A stretch of DNA of 64,000 nt from Paragordius varius. Lineage: Eukaryota; Animalia; Nematomorpha. Below the pieces are notes generated by a model that was not told where the DNA came from, did not search any database, and saw nothing but the letters and a program-made list of their open reading frames with translations. The stretch covers positions 4,526,001 to 4,590,000 of the forward strand of contig OZ176050.1 in assembly GCA_964247055.1 (NCBI GenBank), written 5' to 3'. Shown piece by piece: positions 12,701-25,300 of the stretch; the stretch's first letter is position 1, and every line of letters starts with the position of its first letter. A program made the translations under genes and the position numbers.

Positions 12701-15700
12701 CCAACATTTAGAACAATTCTTAATAGTATTAATCTATTTTTTTTGTTAAAAATGAATATTTTGAAATCAAAACCTAATTAGTAAATATATGTTTTTTTGC
12801 GCATATTTTAATATAAATTTTAAACCTTAATTTTTAAAAGAACTAGTGAGTATTTGGTAGGTTACCTATAATTTTAACAATTTTAATCGTATAGGTTATG
12901 TACTAAATTTCTGGATCAAAAATATGGATTTTTTTTATAAAAACTAGTATTTTATAATTCTTTGATATTCTTTGTAAACATCAGCAAGTTAATAATAAAA
13001 TTTATAATGAATTTTTGTTAGATACAAAAATTAACTTTTTTAAATTAAATTAAAATGCTATAAAAATAAAATATTTGTAAAATAAATATATCAATCAATA
13101 TTTAGGCATTAGATGAATTAACAATGTCCAAATGGTGTTGTGATCGTTGCATGAATCCAACTTTTTTCCGCCGATTACTTTATATGAATAATGAGGGCTT
13201 TCGAAACAAACATTTTAAACGTGGATCCAAACTAATAAAAAATAAAAAGTTGAGGATGGAATTAGGACCTTTGAGCGATGATACTCAAGTATTAATTTAT
13301 TATTATATCCATGAATATATTTTTTTGAAAAAATTTTTTGAGATATTTTAGAATTGTTGTAGGCTTACTTTGCATTTTTTTATCAATCATGGTACTCAAC
13401 ATGAATTAAATGCCATTTTAATATTTACTTGGACTGTAATATTCAAAAAAATTCTGGATTATATTAATATACTATTTTTAAAAAATGTATATATATGGAA
13501 TCTTAATTAAAAATGTGATGAGTATTCCAAAGAATTAATGCAGTTTGTGTCGATATTTTTATATGTGTATTTGCCTACTTTTATTTTACGCGACTTTATT
13601 TCTTTAATAATTTCATTTTTTTATTTCATACATTAATACATTAGAATGAACATAAGCCTCATTCTATAACATACCATGGTTCACGTATATTGCAAACTGC
13701 TTTAGATATTGGAAACAACCAAAACGATTCTCTATCAGCTAAGTAAAATTATTATCATTTAAAATATTTAACAGTTGTTGATGGATTCAAAAAGGAATTA
13801 TTTTATAATTCTTAAAAATGGCCCCTAAGTTTATATATACCAATAATTTGTATATTATTTCCATTTAATATTTTTCGTATATAGCCTTTTGCTAAAATTA
13901 TATTCCGTTTTTTATAGCTTTTGACATATTTTTTTTTAAATACTATTTTATAATCATTGGTTATAATATTGATATTATTTTTAGAACTAAGCTTACAGCA
14001 GACAAAACCTCGTTTAATACAACAGTTCAGTTGCGTAGCCTTATCAAAAAACTTATCTGGGATCCGTTTTGTCAGGAATTAGCTTCCGACAAAAATATTG
14101 GTAAAAAACCTTACAATGAACAAATCATATACCAATTATGCACGAGTGACAAAGGAAGCCATATTATAGATATATTATTTAAAACTTTCAACGGTAATAT
14201 AATTTTTGCATTTTTTCGCACAAAATAGCCAAATTAATTGATTTGTTAATTTTAATTTAATTTAGATAATAGCCAATTGCTATCAATGGACGAACAAATA
14301 TCATTTATAGAAAATTATATACAGGTATTTTCCATATTTTATTATTTGGATCATCAATGCATTAAGGTTTGAAACGATGGCTAAATTGGAAATCTGTTTT
14401 TACTTGAAAAATTGGTTCTAGTTTCAATTTTTTTTAATTTTGTTTTCAACACTGTTATGAAATTCAATCATTTTACATTTTATAAAGCTTAAAGCTAGTA
14501 TTTAACCCATTTTTCATCTAATTAATCAAGTCATATATGAAATGACATAATATTGATTAGTTGTCATACTGTTATTCAACTTAAAATATATATTTGTTTA
14601 TTTTATATTTACTATATTTATATAATCAATAATTAGGTATTGAATTTGGTTTATAAAAATACCGTTGTTATTGTCACATAAATATTTTAAAATTATTTAT
14701 TTACTCTTTAGCCCATATTATTACATGTGGCAGTTGATAAATACGGGTCTCGGATATTTGATCACATTTGGGATTTGTATGGAAAAGTTAAACAATCAAA
14801 TCCTTCAACAAATTTGCGTTTACAGCTAATTAATCCTTTGTTACCTCATTTGAGTGCAATGAGAAGTATAAATTATTAAATTACTTTATTTGAAAAATTA
14901 ATGTTAGATATATTCATTCTAAGTACAGGCTTTTATTGCTTTTAATTACTGTGACATTGAAACTTTTTGACCTTGTTTGTATTGCGGGTTAAATACGGGA
15001 AGCACATATTAATTAATCACGAAAACTTATTCTTCTTAAAATTTTATCATATTTATATCGGATAGGACAGTAAATTTTTTAAATCGGTAAAGTTTCCCCA
15101 TCTATTTGCTAATAATTCAAAAACTTTTTTTTTCATTTTTCCAAAGTGTAGACCGGCGAAAGATTTATAACGATTAAACATTTTAGATAATGATATATTT
15201 CAAAAAATATTTTATATAATATGTCTCTAATTTTGTATATATTGTTAAAAATATGCTAAATTTTTTGGCAAAAAAGGTCTTTTAGTTTTACCGTAATCCA
15301 ATGATAATTCATTTTAAGAAATTCGAAAACCTTGTTTTTTTAATGTACTACAAAAAGCAGTTGTGATTACTGTATTAACATAGGTTTGAACACCGTTTAA
15401 ATTTATTACAACGAATTTACAATTTTAGGGTTTATAGTAGTTTTTACAAAAATATATATTATTGTAACCAATTATCAATATATTCTGTAGAGTTAACAAT
15501 AAAATCCTTTATATCAAAATAATTTTGTGTATTATCACGAGTTTATGTCATGAAATTGAATCAACATTGACCAAAGTTTTTAAACAATGAATGTTTTTAC
15601 TAAAATCAACTGTACTGCCATTTATACCATATTTATATTTTTATTTTTTATCAAATTTTATAAACGTAGTAATACAACACAAATTATTTTATCTCATAAC

Positions 15701-15951
15701 TTATTTTAAGCGTAACAGTTTCAGTTTAGCCTGTTTTAACTTTTTTTTAAATATTTTAAAATTACTTATGAAATACCCATAACTCTGATTTTAAGTTTTG
15801 CATAAAATATTTTATTTTTGCTGTGTGCCAAACATTTAATGTTATTTGTGCCTTTGTAGATTCATTTTTTGGGAATTTACTATGTCAAAAATATGAATTG
15901 ACCAAAGTCAAAAATAATCCACAAGATTGGATCAGACGAATGCAAACTTAA
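9735..15951 (+). CDS. NOP9: Nucleolar protein 9 (PUF/pumilio-repeat 18S maturation factor), ~13 exons; 5' start uncertain
   Basis: Exons approx. 9735-9864, 9886-10106, 10130-10409, 11401-11575, 12077-12374, 12561-12724, 13107-13288, 13352-13435, 13646-13741, 13984-14193, 14266-14324, 14711-14865, 15861-15951. PUF-like motifs in NOP9 order: DPHWSHILQTL, HPNASHIIITLL, NTYGSHITQIL, YHGSRILQTAL, DKGSHIIDILF, DKYGSRIFDHIW; C-terminal SFFGNLLCQKYEL...PQDWIRR*. An acceptor at 9712 suggests a possible upstream exon. Confidence 0.85.
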
Positions 15952-16373
15952 TTACGGATTCTATGTAAATTTAAATAAATATTCCTATTCATTTAATATT
16001 TACAGTAATTATTTATTAAATGCTAAAATTGTACAGAATACTACATTTGTAACTAACATACATAAACAATTTATGTAATATATTAACGTTTTTGTAATAC
16101 TGAAAGTAATTCCTCCATTTGCTTAAAACCGGGATGATCGGACTTTATGCCAGGAAAGTAATCATTCATTAATTTGTTAGATTTTTCGCGAATCTGCAAA
16201 AAATGTTTTTAAATTGATAGTAAATTATAATTTTTGAAAGTATGATATTTGTCTATTAATTAACGCTCATAATTAAATAAAAGTTTGTTTAAATGCCCTT
16301 ATTTTTTATAGTTAACAATATATGTCAATTTCAAATATAGAATTGGGAAAAGTATGAAATTGTTGAATGTTAA

Positions 16374-19300
16374 TCAATATATTACTTTATTGCTATTCCT
16401 TATGTTGGGGTTGGCTGATTTCGATCTACCATTAGCCACCACTGTATGATTTTCTTTATTGATACAATTGATGGAGTTGGATGTTTCGGCATTTAATTTG
16501 TATATATCGAAGGCGGCCTCCTTTATAGCCGTAAAAAATTGGTCCAAAGCTTCAAAAATGTGAGATAACTTTGAATAGCAAAGCGTTTGGTGTTGATCAC
16601 CAATAGGTTTAACATTGACTTGCATATTAAGTCCCAACAATTTACATAAATGGTTCAACTGCAAAAGAAAAGTATGCGAAAGTTTTAATAGTAGAGTAAA
16701 TCCAACTAAGTTTTCTTTTTAAGAAATGTACAAAATTTGATAAAATTTACACTTTTAGGCCATTGATTTATATCGGCTTGTGTCTAATTTTACAACCAAA
16801 AAATATTTTGTTATATTAAAGCGAAAATATCGTATTACCTTTTCGTTTAAAGTTTCATATTGACTCACTACCGAATTGAATTGAGGGTAGGCCTTAATTA
16901 GAAAATTTTTCATGTTTTGTATGAATTTATCTCTTCGGTCTTGAAGCACGGGTTTTAGTGCAAATTGTTTGGTGTGGTAGTCGATTTCCTAAAAAAATAA
17001 TTTTTTTATTTTTAAAAAAAAATGTTTACAATTTGGAATAACAATATAAATTTAAACCTTTTCGATCTCTTTCAAAGAGAGTTTGATTTGACAGATGTCG
17101 GAATTCAAATCGGCTAAACTATTATATAAGATAATTATATATATATTATTATCAAATAAAAAAAATTAATATGCTTTTCACTTTAGTTTTTATTTAAATA
17201 TATTATATGATCTACTTGTGTTTTGCGGCTTGGCGTAAGGATTGGAAATTTTCATCAAATAATTTAGCAACTTTCCTTGGATCATGCATTTCCAGAGGTT
17301 TTTCTTTATTGCCTTCTCCCTTCATTTCGCTTGTGGTCATCAATAGCCCAGGTAAAATTTTATTTAGAATACTGACCACATAATGTAACATGTTTAGCGA
17401 TGGGTTAAGATTGGATTTAACTTCCGTCAATCGGTTTAAGCTTTCCAATGTGAAGGCCCAAATATTTTTGCGATATCCTCGATTCATATAGTTTCCAAGA
17501 GCTAGTATTAATTCCAAAGTTATGCGTAAAAGTCCGTTTGATTTATTAATCATTCCAACACAATTTTTGCTAACACTGAGAGATTGATTTATGTCATGCA
17601 CGGCCTGATTATAATCTATATAATAAAATATAAAATCGATTTTTCACTGAGATGCTAACTGAAGTTAAAACTATCTCTTAATTTTGAGTCGCTTTTAAAC
17701 TATTTTTAATACATTTAATGGTTTACACATATCTGATAAACAAACCGTATATGGTAATTTTTGTTTATAAAATCATTAGATTTTAAATAGCTTATTGCTT
17801 TTAAAAATAATATTTTTTATTGTAACAACAATACCTTTTATGATGAGATCAATATCCTGTATTTTTTCGGCAAATTTTTTTTGAAATACAATATGTTTGA
17901 GTTTTTGTTCATAGCGATATATTTTGGAGGTATGAAGGAAAAATCTATCTGCTAGCCCAATAACGGAATCTTTGCCATGTTGGTTAAGCAGTTGCATTTC
18001 CTCCGTCGTTGGAACATATTTTAATAGCTATAGATAACATATATATAGTTATATATATATATTATTTGTATTATGTTAATTTTTAAACCCATGTTAACAG
18101 AATATTTATACTGATGCCAAGCTCTGTACAGCTACTATCATAAAGGAAAACATAATTTATTGTAGATTATAGTGACCAGATAGGCTGTTTTTCGCAGTAC
18201 AGTACTGGGTTTTCAGAAAAAAACTGCGCCTGTACTGCGCCCACTTTTGTACTGCATTTTGAAATAAAAAAATTAATCTTTAAATATACATTATTTACCT
18301 TTTATTTATTCAAAAAAAATATTTTAGAATTTAATATAATACCCTCTGTAAAAATAACCTCATAATTTGTAAAGAAATGCATTTTGAGGTACAAAACTAA
18401 TATTGGCCTATTTTTAGTTGGTTAATAAATAATTATCTGCTTGAATTATACATAAAACATATGATTACAGCCTTTTGCGCAGTAACTATAAATCTCGGAC
18501 TCTGCACCGTAAGATTCAGGCTAATGGCTCTTTCACTTAGGGCTTCGTTTAAAATTAACAAAATAATTTATGATATTTTTATATTTGTTTGATAGTTTAG
18601 AGAGTTTATCTTTTGTTATAATTATTAAACGGAAAATCATATAGAAAAAATTAAAATTTATTATATATGGCAGATGATTTCGAAATAATCTGTTTTCGTA
18701 AAAAATAAAGAGTACGATATCCATATTCATTAGGTGGGAGGTTTCTTAATTTTTTTCCTAAACATTAATTTTTATTTTTTTATACAGTTTTTAGAGTCTA
18801 TTTTTTCCTTTTTAAAAGGGGAAGGACTAAAATTGTATCCGGACTTGTGAAGGCTTTAACACTTGACAGCCCAGGGCTGACAGTGATGATGGAAAAATTT
18901 CGCAGTTTCGAGGTTCGAACTCTGTCATACAGTGTAAGAGTCCGGCGCCCTACCTACTATACCATCACGCCTCTAAACATTAATTTATATTAGTTATCTT
19001 ATTTTTAGCATAAATAAATTTAAGATATTTTGTTGAAGCGTACTTCAAACTGTTTTGAAGCATGATGGAAACTGTATAACGCTTTGAGATATAATAAAAT
19101 TCTTTTTCCAAATACGATGATGTTGTACATTCAGAGTTAAATGTTTGCTTGCAAATTTTGGTGCATTTTTGTGAAAAAACATTTCTATTTAACATAATTT
19201 TGAAAATGAACGATTATTTTAATCAAAATCCGAGTGAGAAATTAGCATCATCGAATTATATATATATATATAACATCTCGACCGTTTATATCGTTTCCAT

Positions 19301-22300
19301 CATGCTCAAAATAGTATGAAAGGGAATTTTACGTTTATTTTAAGAGAACGGTTCATTTTAAAAGAGCCAAAAAATTTGGGACTTTTAGAGCCACTTCTAA
19401 AAATTTAAAATTTTTAAAATATTGTTTTGCTTTTTATATGGAGTTTATGTTATATTTTAGTGATATTTTTTAAAATTAAACATTTAGCATTCACCAAAAC
19501 ATATATTTGAAAAAATGCGCCTTTATTGCAATATATACAGAGCACTTACTGTAAATAACTTTCTTTAATAACTCGTAAAGGTTTAAACCAAAAGCACCAT
19601 GATAATCCTGATAATATCCTATCAGAATATATATATTTCATCAGGATATTTTTTGTGGAATATTCCACGATGGTGTAAAAACAAGGCAAAGTATGTTTTA
19701 ATTTTGTACTGCGTTCAAGTTAAAAATATCTGGTCACATTATTGTAGATCAACTTTTAAATAAAAATATGTATTACTTGTTCACACATGTCTTTGTCAAG
19801 ATTATTTCCAGTATCCATATCTAAAACATCCAAAGCTATTTGCTCTGGACTTCTTTTAAATTTGGACAAAAGTATGGTGCAATTTTGGGCACGCCTTGCA
19901 TCAATAATTGATCCACAATTCCCACTTCCATGCAAATTTGCATTGTTATTATGACAAGAATGTGTTTGTGGAAACTTGCTATGATTTTGAGAGTCTTCTA
20001 TATCATTCTATCCATAAATATAATAATTGTAAATGGTAAAAATTTGGATTGGTAACTTATCGGTATTATGATACTTTTTGGCGAAAAACATTATAAGAAA
20101 TCTTTGGGCTAATAAATTCCCCGATTTCAGAATGGTTAAAAGGGAGGGGACACCAGATTTAATACTACAAACAGAAGAAATGTAAAAAATAGTTTTATTT
20201 TCATTAAAAATATAGTATGACAAGCGTTTATCTCGCACTAAAAAACTTCGCGCGGATAAATTGACTGTATGTGTGTGATATACCTGGTGAGTTGGTGATT
20301 TTTGGTATGCAGAGAAGAGGGTCTCGAATTCCTCCAAATCGATTAATTGATATATCTACCAATAATAGGTTATAATTATTATAGTATGTGATATATTAAA
20401 TTAAAATAATTGAAACTCCTTTATTATATAAATTATTTGATCGTTTTATAGATGCTTTCTCAGTGACTGTTACTTTAAAATAACCAGTTTAATTATATTG
20501 AACATATGGGTTATCTATGGCAGGTAGCTCTTTATGCTGTAAAAAGGTACCTCTTAAAAATTTATGCAAAAATATTATTTGTATTGCTGGCCATTAATTC
20601 CGCCATATTATGGAAAATCTTATAGTCATATAATTAAAATAATGTATTATTTGATCACCCAATTACTAAAATATTTTCAAAATCTTATAATTATTCAATT
20701 AGTTAAAATTTTTTTATTTAAGGGTTTGTTATTTTGCATCTATTGACTGGTTAGGATCTTAAATAATCTTTGCGCTTTCAAATTTCATTGATAATCACTG
20801 GCCTGAGACGCTCTAACATTTTTCATATTAAGGCATGTTTAAATTTCGTACACATATTAATAACCACTTTATATAAATATACATTGCTAATTTTTGACTT
20901 TAAAATATAATTTCTTACAGTCTTTGGTTATTGATATTGAAGGGAGAAAATATTTTATATTTTAAATTATACAGAACAAAATTATTATATAAAATCAGAT
21001 TAAATATTGTTAATTTATATTGTATCTTCTCACGTGGTAAAAATATGGTTTAATTTAAGGTTATTGTTATAATCAGGTACACAGTCATAAAAAATTCAAA
21101 ATGATTCAACTCTGTTTATAGCCATATCTCATCATTAGCTTTATTAGTAGAAATATTACTCGATTTTCATTAAAGCTCTTCCAAATCGATGTATCAAAAT
21201 TTTGGCTACGCTCCAAAATATCCCAATTAAAGGCTTTCAATGGTATAGAAGGGTTTATAATAGATTTCATAGTTTTGTTGAACATAGAGCCTGTATAATT
21301 CCATATAAATGAAACAAATATTTTTGCAGCATAAATTGATAAGGAAATAAGTGTATTGCAATCGATTAGGAAAAGCAACCGACTTATTAATAATTGTTGT
21401 TTAATCTATTGCAATTAAAGATTTATAGGGAATTATTTTTAATTAAATAAAATGTCTTTAATAGCAGCAAAAACTAAATTACATATGAAAAGGTAATTTT
21501 AAAAAAATAGAGTTATTAACTTTTTATCTAAACACCAGATTCTCAGTCTTAAAGATCTACATTATCTTTTTGCCCGGATACCAAAATATGGAAAAGGGGC
21601 TTTTTATTATCATATATTTAAGTTAAACTCAATGAAGCTCCCATATTTGTAAAAAATTTTGACTAAAAAGAGTTGCTCTATTTGACGATGGTTATAGCGA
21701 AAAAAATTGAGCGCAAACATCTAATTTATAATTATTTTACAATACTTATATAGTTACAATTACATTTCATTCAATGTACTTGGATAAATAGAATTTTTAT
21801 CAAATTTTGAAATTATGTATGCAGGGCTAAAATTGTCGAATCAAAAACTAAAAATCAATTGCGAAAAATTGTTATCATATTGACAAACATGATTAGCTTT
21901 CAATTTGCCAAACCCTAAAAACGTTTAGTATTTATTCGGTGTTAATTTTATTACAAATATCAATAAATATGCAACTCCACGCTTATTGATTTATATTTAT
22001 AAAATAATCAGCTGCTTAGCCTATTTTTGTTTGCATTATGGCCTTTATTATTTTTTCACATTTTTAAGAATCAGATAGACATGTCTCTCCAAAGCTACAA
22101 ACTGGACTTCAAAATTTTATACATTATGAATAATCTTACAATTTATTTACCTGGTAATGGTGGAGCATTGGGAGCTTGGGGTTTTGCTATTCCTTTTTTT
22201 GCCTGTATTTGTTCTCCAGACTCGGTTGGTTTAGTTGTTATTGTTGAGGTTATGTGATTGCCATTTAAGTGAGATCCAACTGTTGTTTTTTGTTGGCACA

Positions 22301-25300
22301 TAACTAGATTTCCTTCACTCGTTCCCGATAAAGGTTGTATGACTGCAGTAAGTACAGGTGGTTTTGGGGCTGCTGTTTTAGGGTTTTCTATTTTACGGTT
22401 CGCTTCAACCTCCATTCTTTTATCGTAGGATTTGTTAGCGAAATCACTTGCGAATTTTTTCAACTCATTCTGAGTATGGTAATATGAATAGATATAAAGT
22501 GTTTATATGATAATAATATTATAATATAATAAATATAAAATAATATACCAATTCATGAGACATATGACGGTGGCTATTCAGCAGTTTTTCTACTTCTTCG
22601 CGATAATTATTTATTTCTAGTTTTTGCGATTCAGCCAAACATTTCAACTTTTCATTTTGATTGGCTACTTCTCTAAAAAATAGTACCAGTCTATATACTT
22701 TATGTTTCGGAGTAAAGAATGGTTAATTTTCATTTTAGGCACTGGATATGGTGTTATAAAATTTTGTATTTGTCGATTTAACTAATAAATATATATAATT
22801 ATTATTTAAATGTTTATCGTTATCGAGGATTGATTTTGTGCATTACTACAATGTGGCTGTAAATAAAGTTAAACTAACTTTCAGTTTGTAAAACTAACTC
22901 TGGAATTAAGAACTTTTTTAAATATATTAAAAGTTTAATCTTTTTTCTCAATTGTTAAAATTGTGCTTACGGCAAGCATAGAAGACTATATTTATTTATA
23001 TATTTTTAAATTTAAAATTGCCGCCGTCAGAAATTTAAATTTTGTGATGATAAAACAAATATATATTTGAGTGGTTAAAAAGGTTAAGGAATCGAATTAT
23101 TGATTTTTTACAGAAAATGTTACATAAAAATTGGTGTTAATATTGTATAGTATGGTATAAAATTATCATTTCTTAATATATTTACTATTATTAAATAAAG
23201 CCAACTTACTTTATCATTTGGTTTAAATTAGGAATAGCATTTTTCCCCAAATCTTGGGCTAGGTTCCCGGCCGAAAATTGCTGACTTATGATATCCAAGT
23301 TTTTCCATGCCGTATGATTAATTTTGGCATCTGGTTGTTCTAATATCCAAAAAAAGTTTCATAACTAATTGATATACATATTGTCTCAGAGGGTAATTGA
23401 ATATAATTGAAACAGTGATAAATGTGAAACCCTAGATCGTCTGCTCAGGGCTGACAGTGATACAAATTACATAAAAAATATTTTTTTGCATAAAATGTAG
23501 GTTATTTCCAAGCTTAGGGTAAAATCAAGGGACATAAATCATTTACAAAATTTTTTGACGTTTGCTCAAACTAGATTATGATTACCAGGTATCATGGGCA
23601 TAAATCTAAAGTAAAGGAAGATTTAAAATATATAGCCTTTAATTTTTGGGTGATTTTTAACAATTTTAAAACTTGGAGTGAAAAGACACCAATTAAATAA
23701 TGTAAAGATGGATCATAGAATTTTATTTGCCACATTTATTGAATAAAATAATTAGCGGATTATTATGTGTATAGAAATAAAGTATACTTGTCAGCAGAAT
23801 GAGATGATATAACATAGATTTGAAATGTTTAGAGGTTTCTGACGAGCTCTGGACCATGAGTGATAAGGTGTTATACATTTCATCCATGTTGGAAATGGGA
23901 GGCTTCAGAGATAAAAAGAATTATTTTTTTTCATTCCTAAATTTAATCTATAAACAATGATGTTGTTGAAAATTTTTTTTATCATTATCTATAATAGCAT
24001 AATAATGAAAAAGATAAAATTATCAGAATTAGTTTTTGTAATCAGCGATAAAAAATGAAAATTAATAATATTTTTTTATCGAGACATATAAATAAGGAAA
24101 TGTAATAAATCCATCATATTTTGTGCTCATATTATTTTTATGTAATTATTTATATAAACATAATAATTGACAAAATAACTCTCTCAAAAGGTAAAAATGA
24201 AATCGAAATATTAAGAAGTAACAATAAAAACGAATTATTTTAAGGTCAAGTCGATTTTTATAATACTTTTTTATTTATCACTTTCACATTAAAATCTCAT
24301 ACAATATAATAATTGTAGTATAAAAAAATGGCACGCACGCTAAATACAAGATCTTAATTTTAAAAGTTTTATCCATACAATGAGTTTAAATCATTGAAAC
24401 ATTTTACTTAGTCGTCGCTCATTTCAAATTATTTTTTACTTGGGAAGGCAAATCCTGCATTACTAGATTTAGATCAAATTGATAAAGTTGGTTGAAAAAA
24501 TCCAAGTGTCTAAAACAATAGATATATATAAATTTTAAGTATACTTAAGAAAACATTTTTTGGTAAGCTGTATATAAAATAGTAAAACCTTGAAATGACA
24601 TCATCCTGTGGAAGATGAGAAATGAGATTAAAAACCTGATTTAAACCAGCATCCAACAAATCCTTCCTTACGTGCATGCGGTAAATCAGGGAAATCTTAA
24701 AATATGCATAAATTTAAAAATCAATATATTCAAACTAAACGTTGACCGTTTCAAAAAATATTTCAGCCATTCTTGAATTCATAGTTATATTGTCTACAAA
24801 AACAGGAGTAAAAAAATCTTATCTAAATGTGATCTCAGGATATATGTAAAAATTAAGGGGATATTGACAAGAAATGATTTAGTTTTATCCATGTTATAAA
24901 AAATGGGTTTTTTCCTATGATATAAAAAATGTCTTAACTTATAACTTTGTAAAAAAATTAGATATAAACAATGATATGCCAAATTTTTATTTTAAAATAT
25001 ATTAGAAGAATGGTCCCTTTAATTAAAATTTTTTTTTAAAACTAACATGTACATAATATTTAAATTATGAATATTAAGTTTTATATGAGAGTTGCTGATC
25101 GACATTTTTTATTCAGATTAAAAAAGAGAGGAGAAAATACTTAGGACTTCATGCCTTTTTGGGTAGTTTTATACCCCCTGCTCCATTAAAATTTAAATAG
25201 CTTAATAAATATTTTAAGCATTGGGCCAAATTTAAAAGTATGCTTACTTTAGCCTTTCAGGCACTAGAATTTTTTTAAAAATGAAAAATATTTTCCTCCG

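Noticed and set aside
13515-13600. Possible second C/D snoRNA (GTGATGA at 13515)
   Set aside because: No CTGA box D at a suitable distance and no rRNA complement recognised.
16120-16200. GC-richer patch between NOP9 and the formin as an ncRNA
   Set aside because: Box-like motifs too close together and no convincing structure.
20008-20280. 3' two-thirds of ORF 20008-20337 as formin coding sequence
   Set aside because: A donor after SAYQKSPTHQ and an acceptor at ~20008 make it intronic; the translation is low-information.
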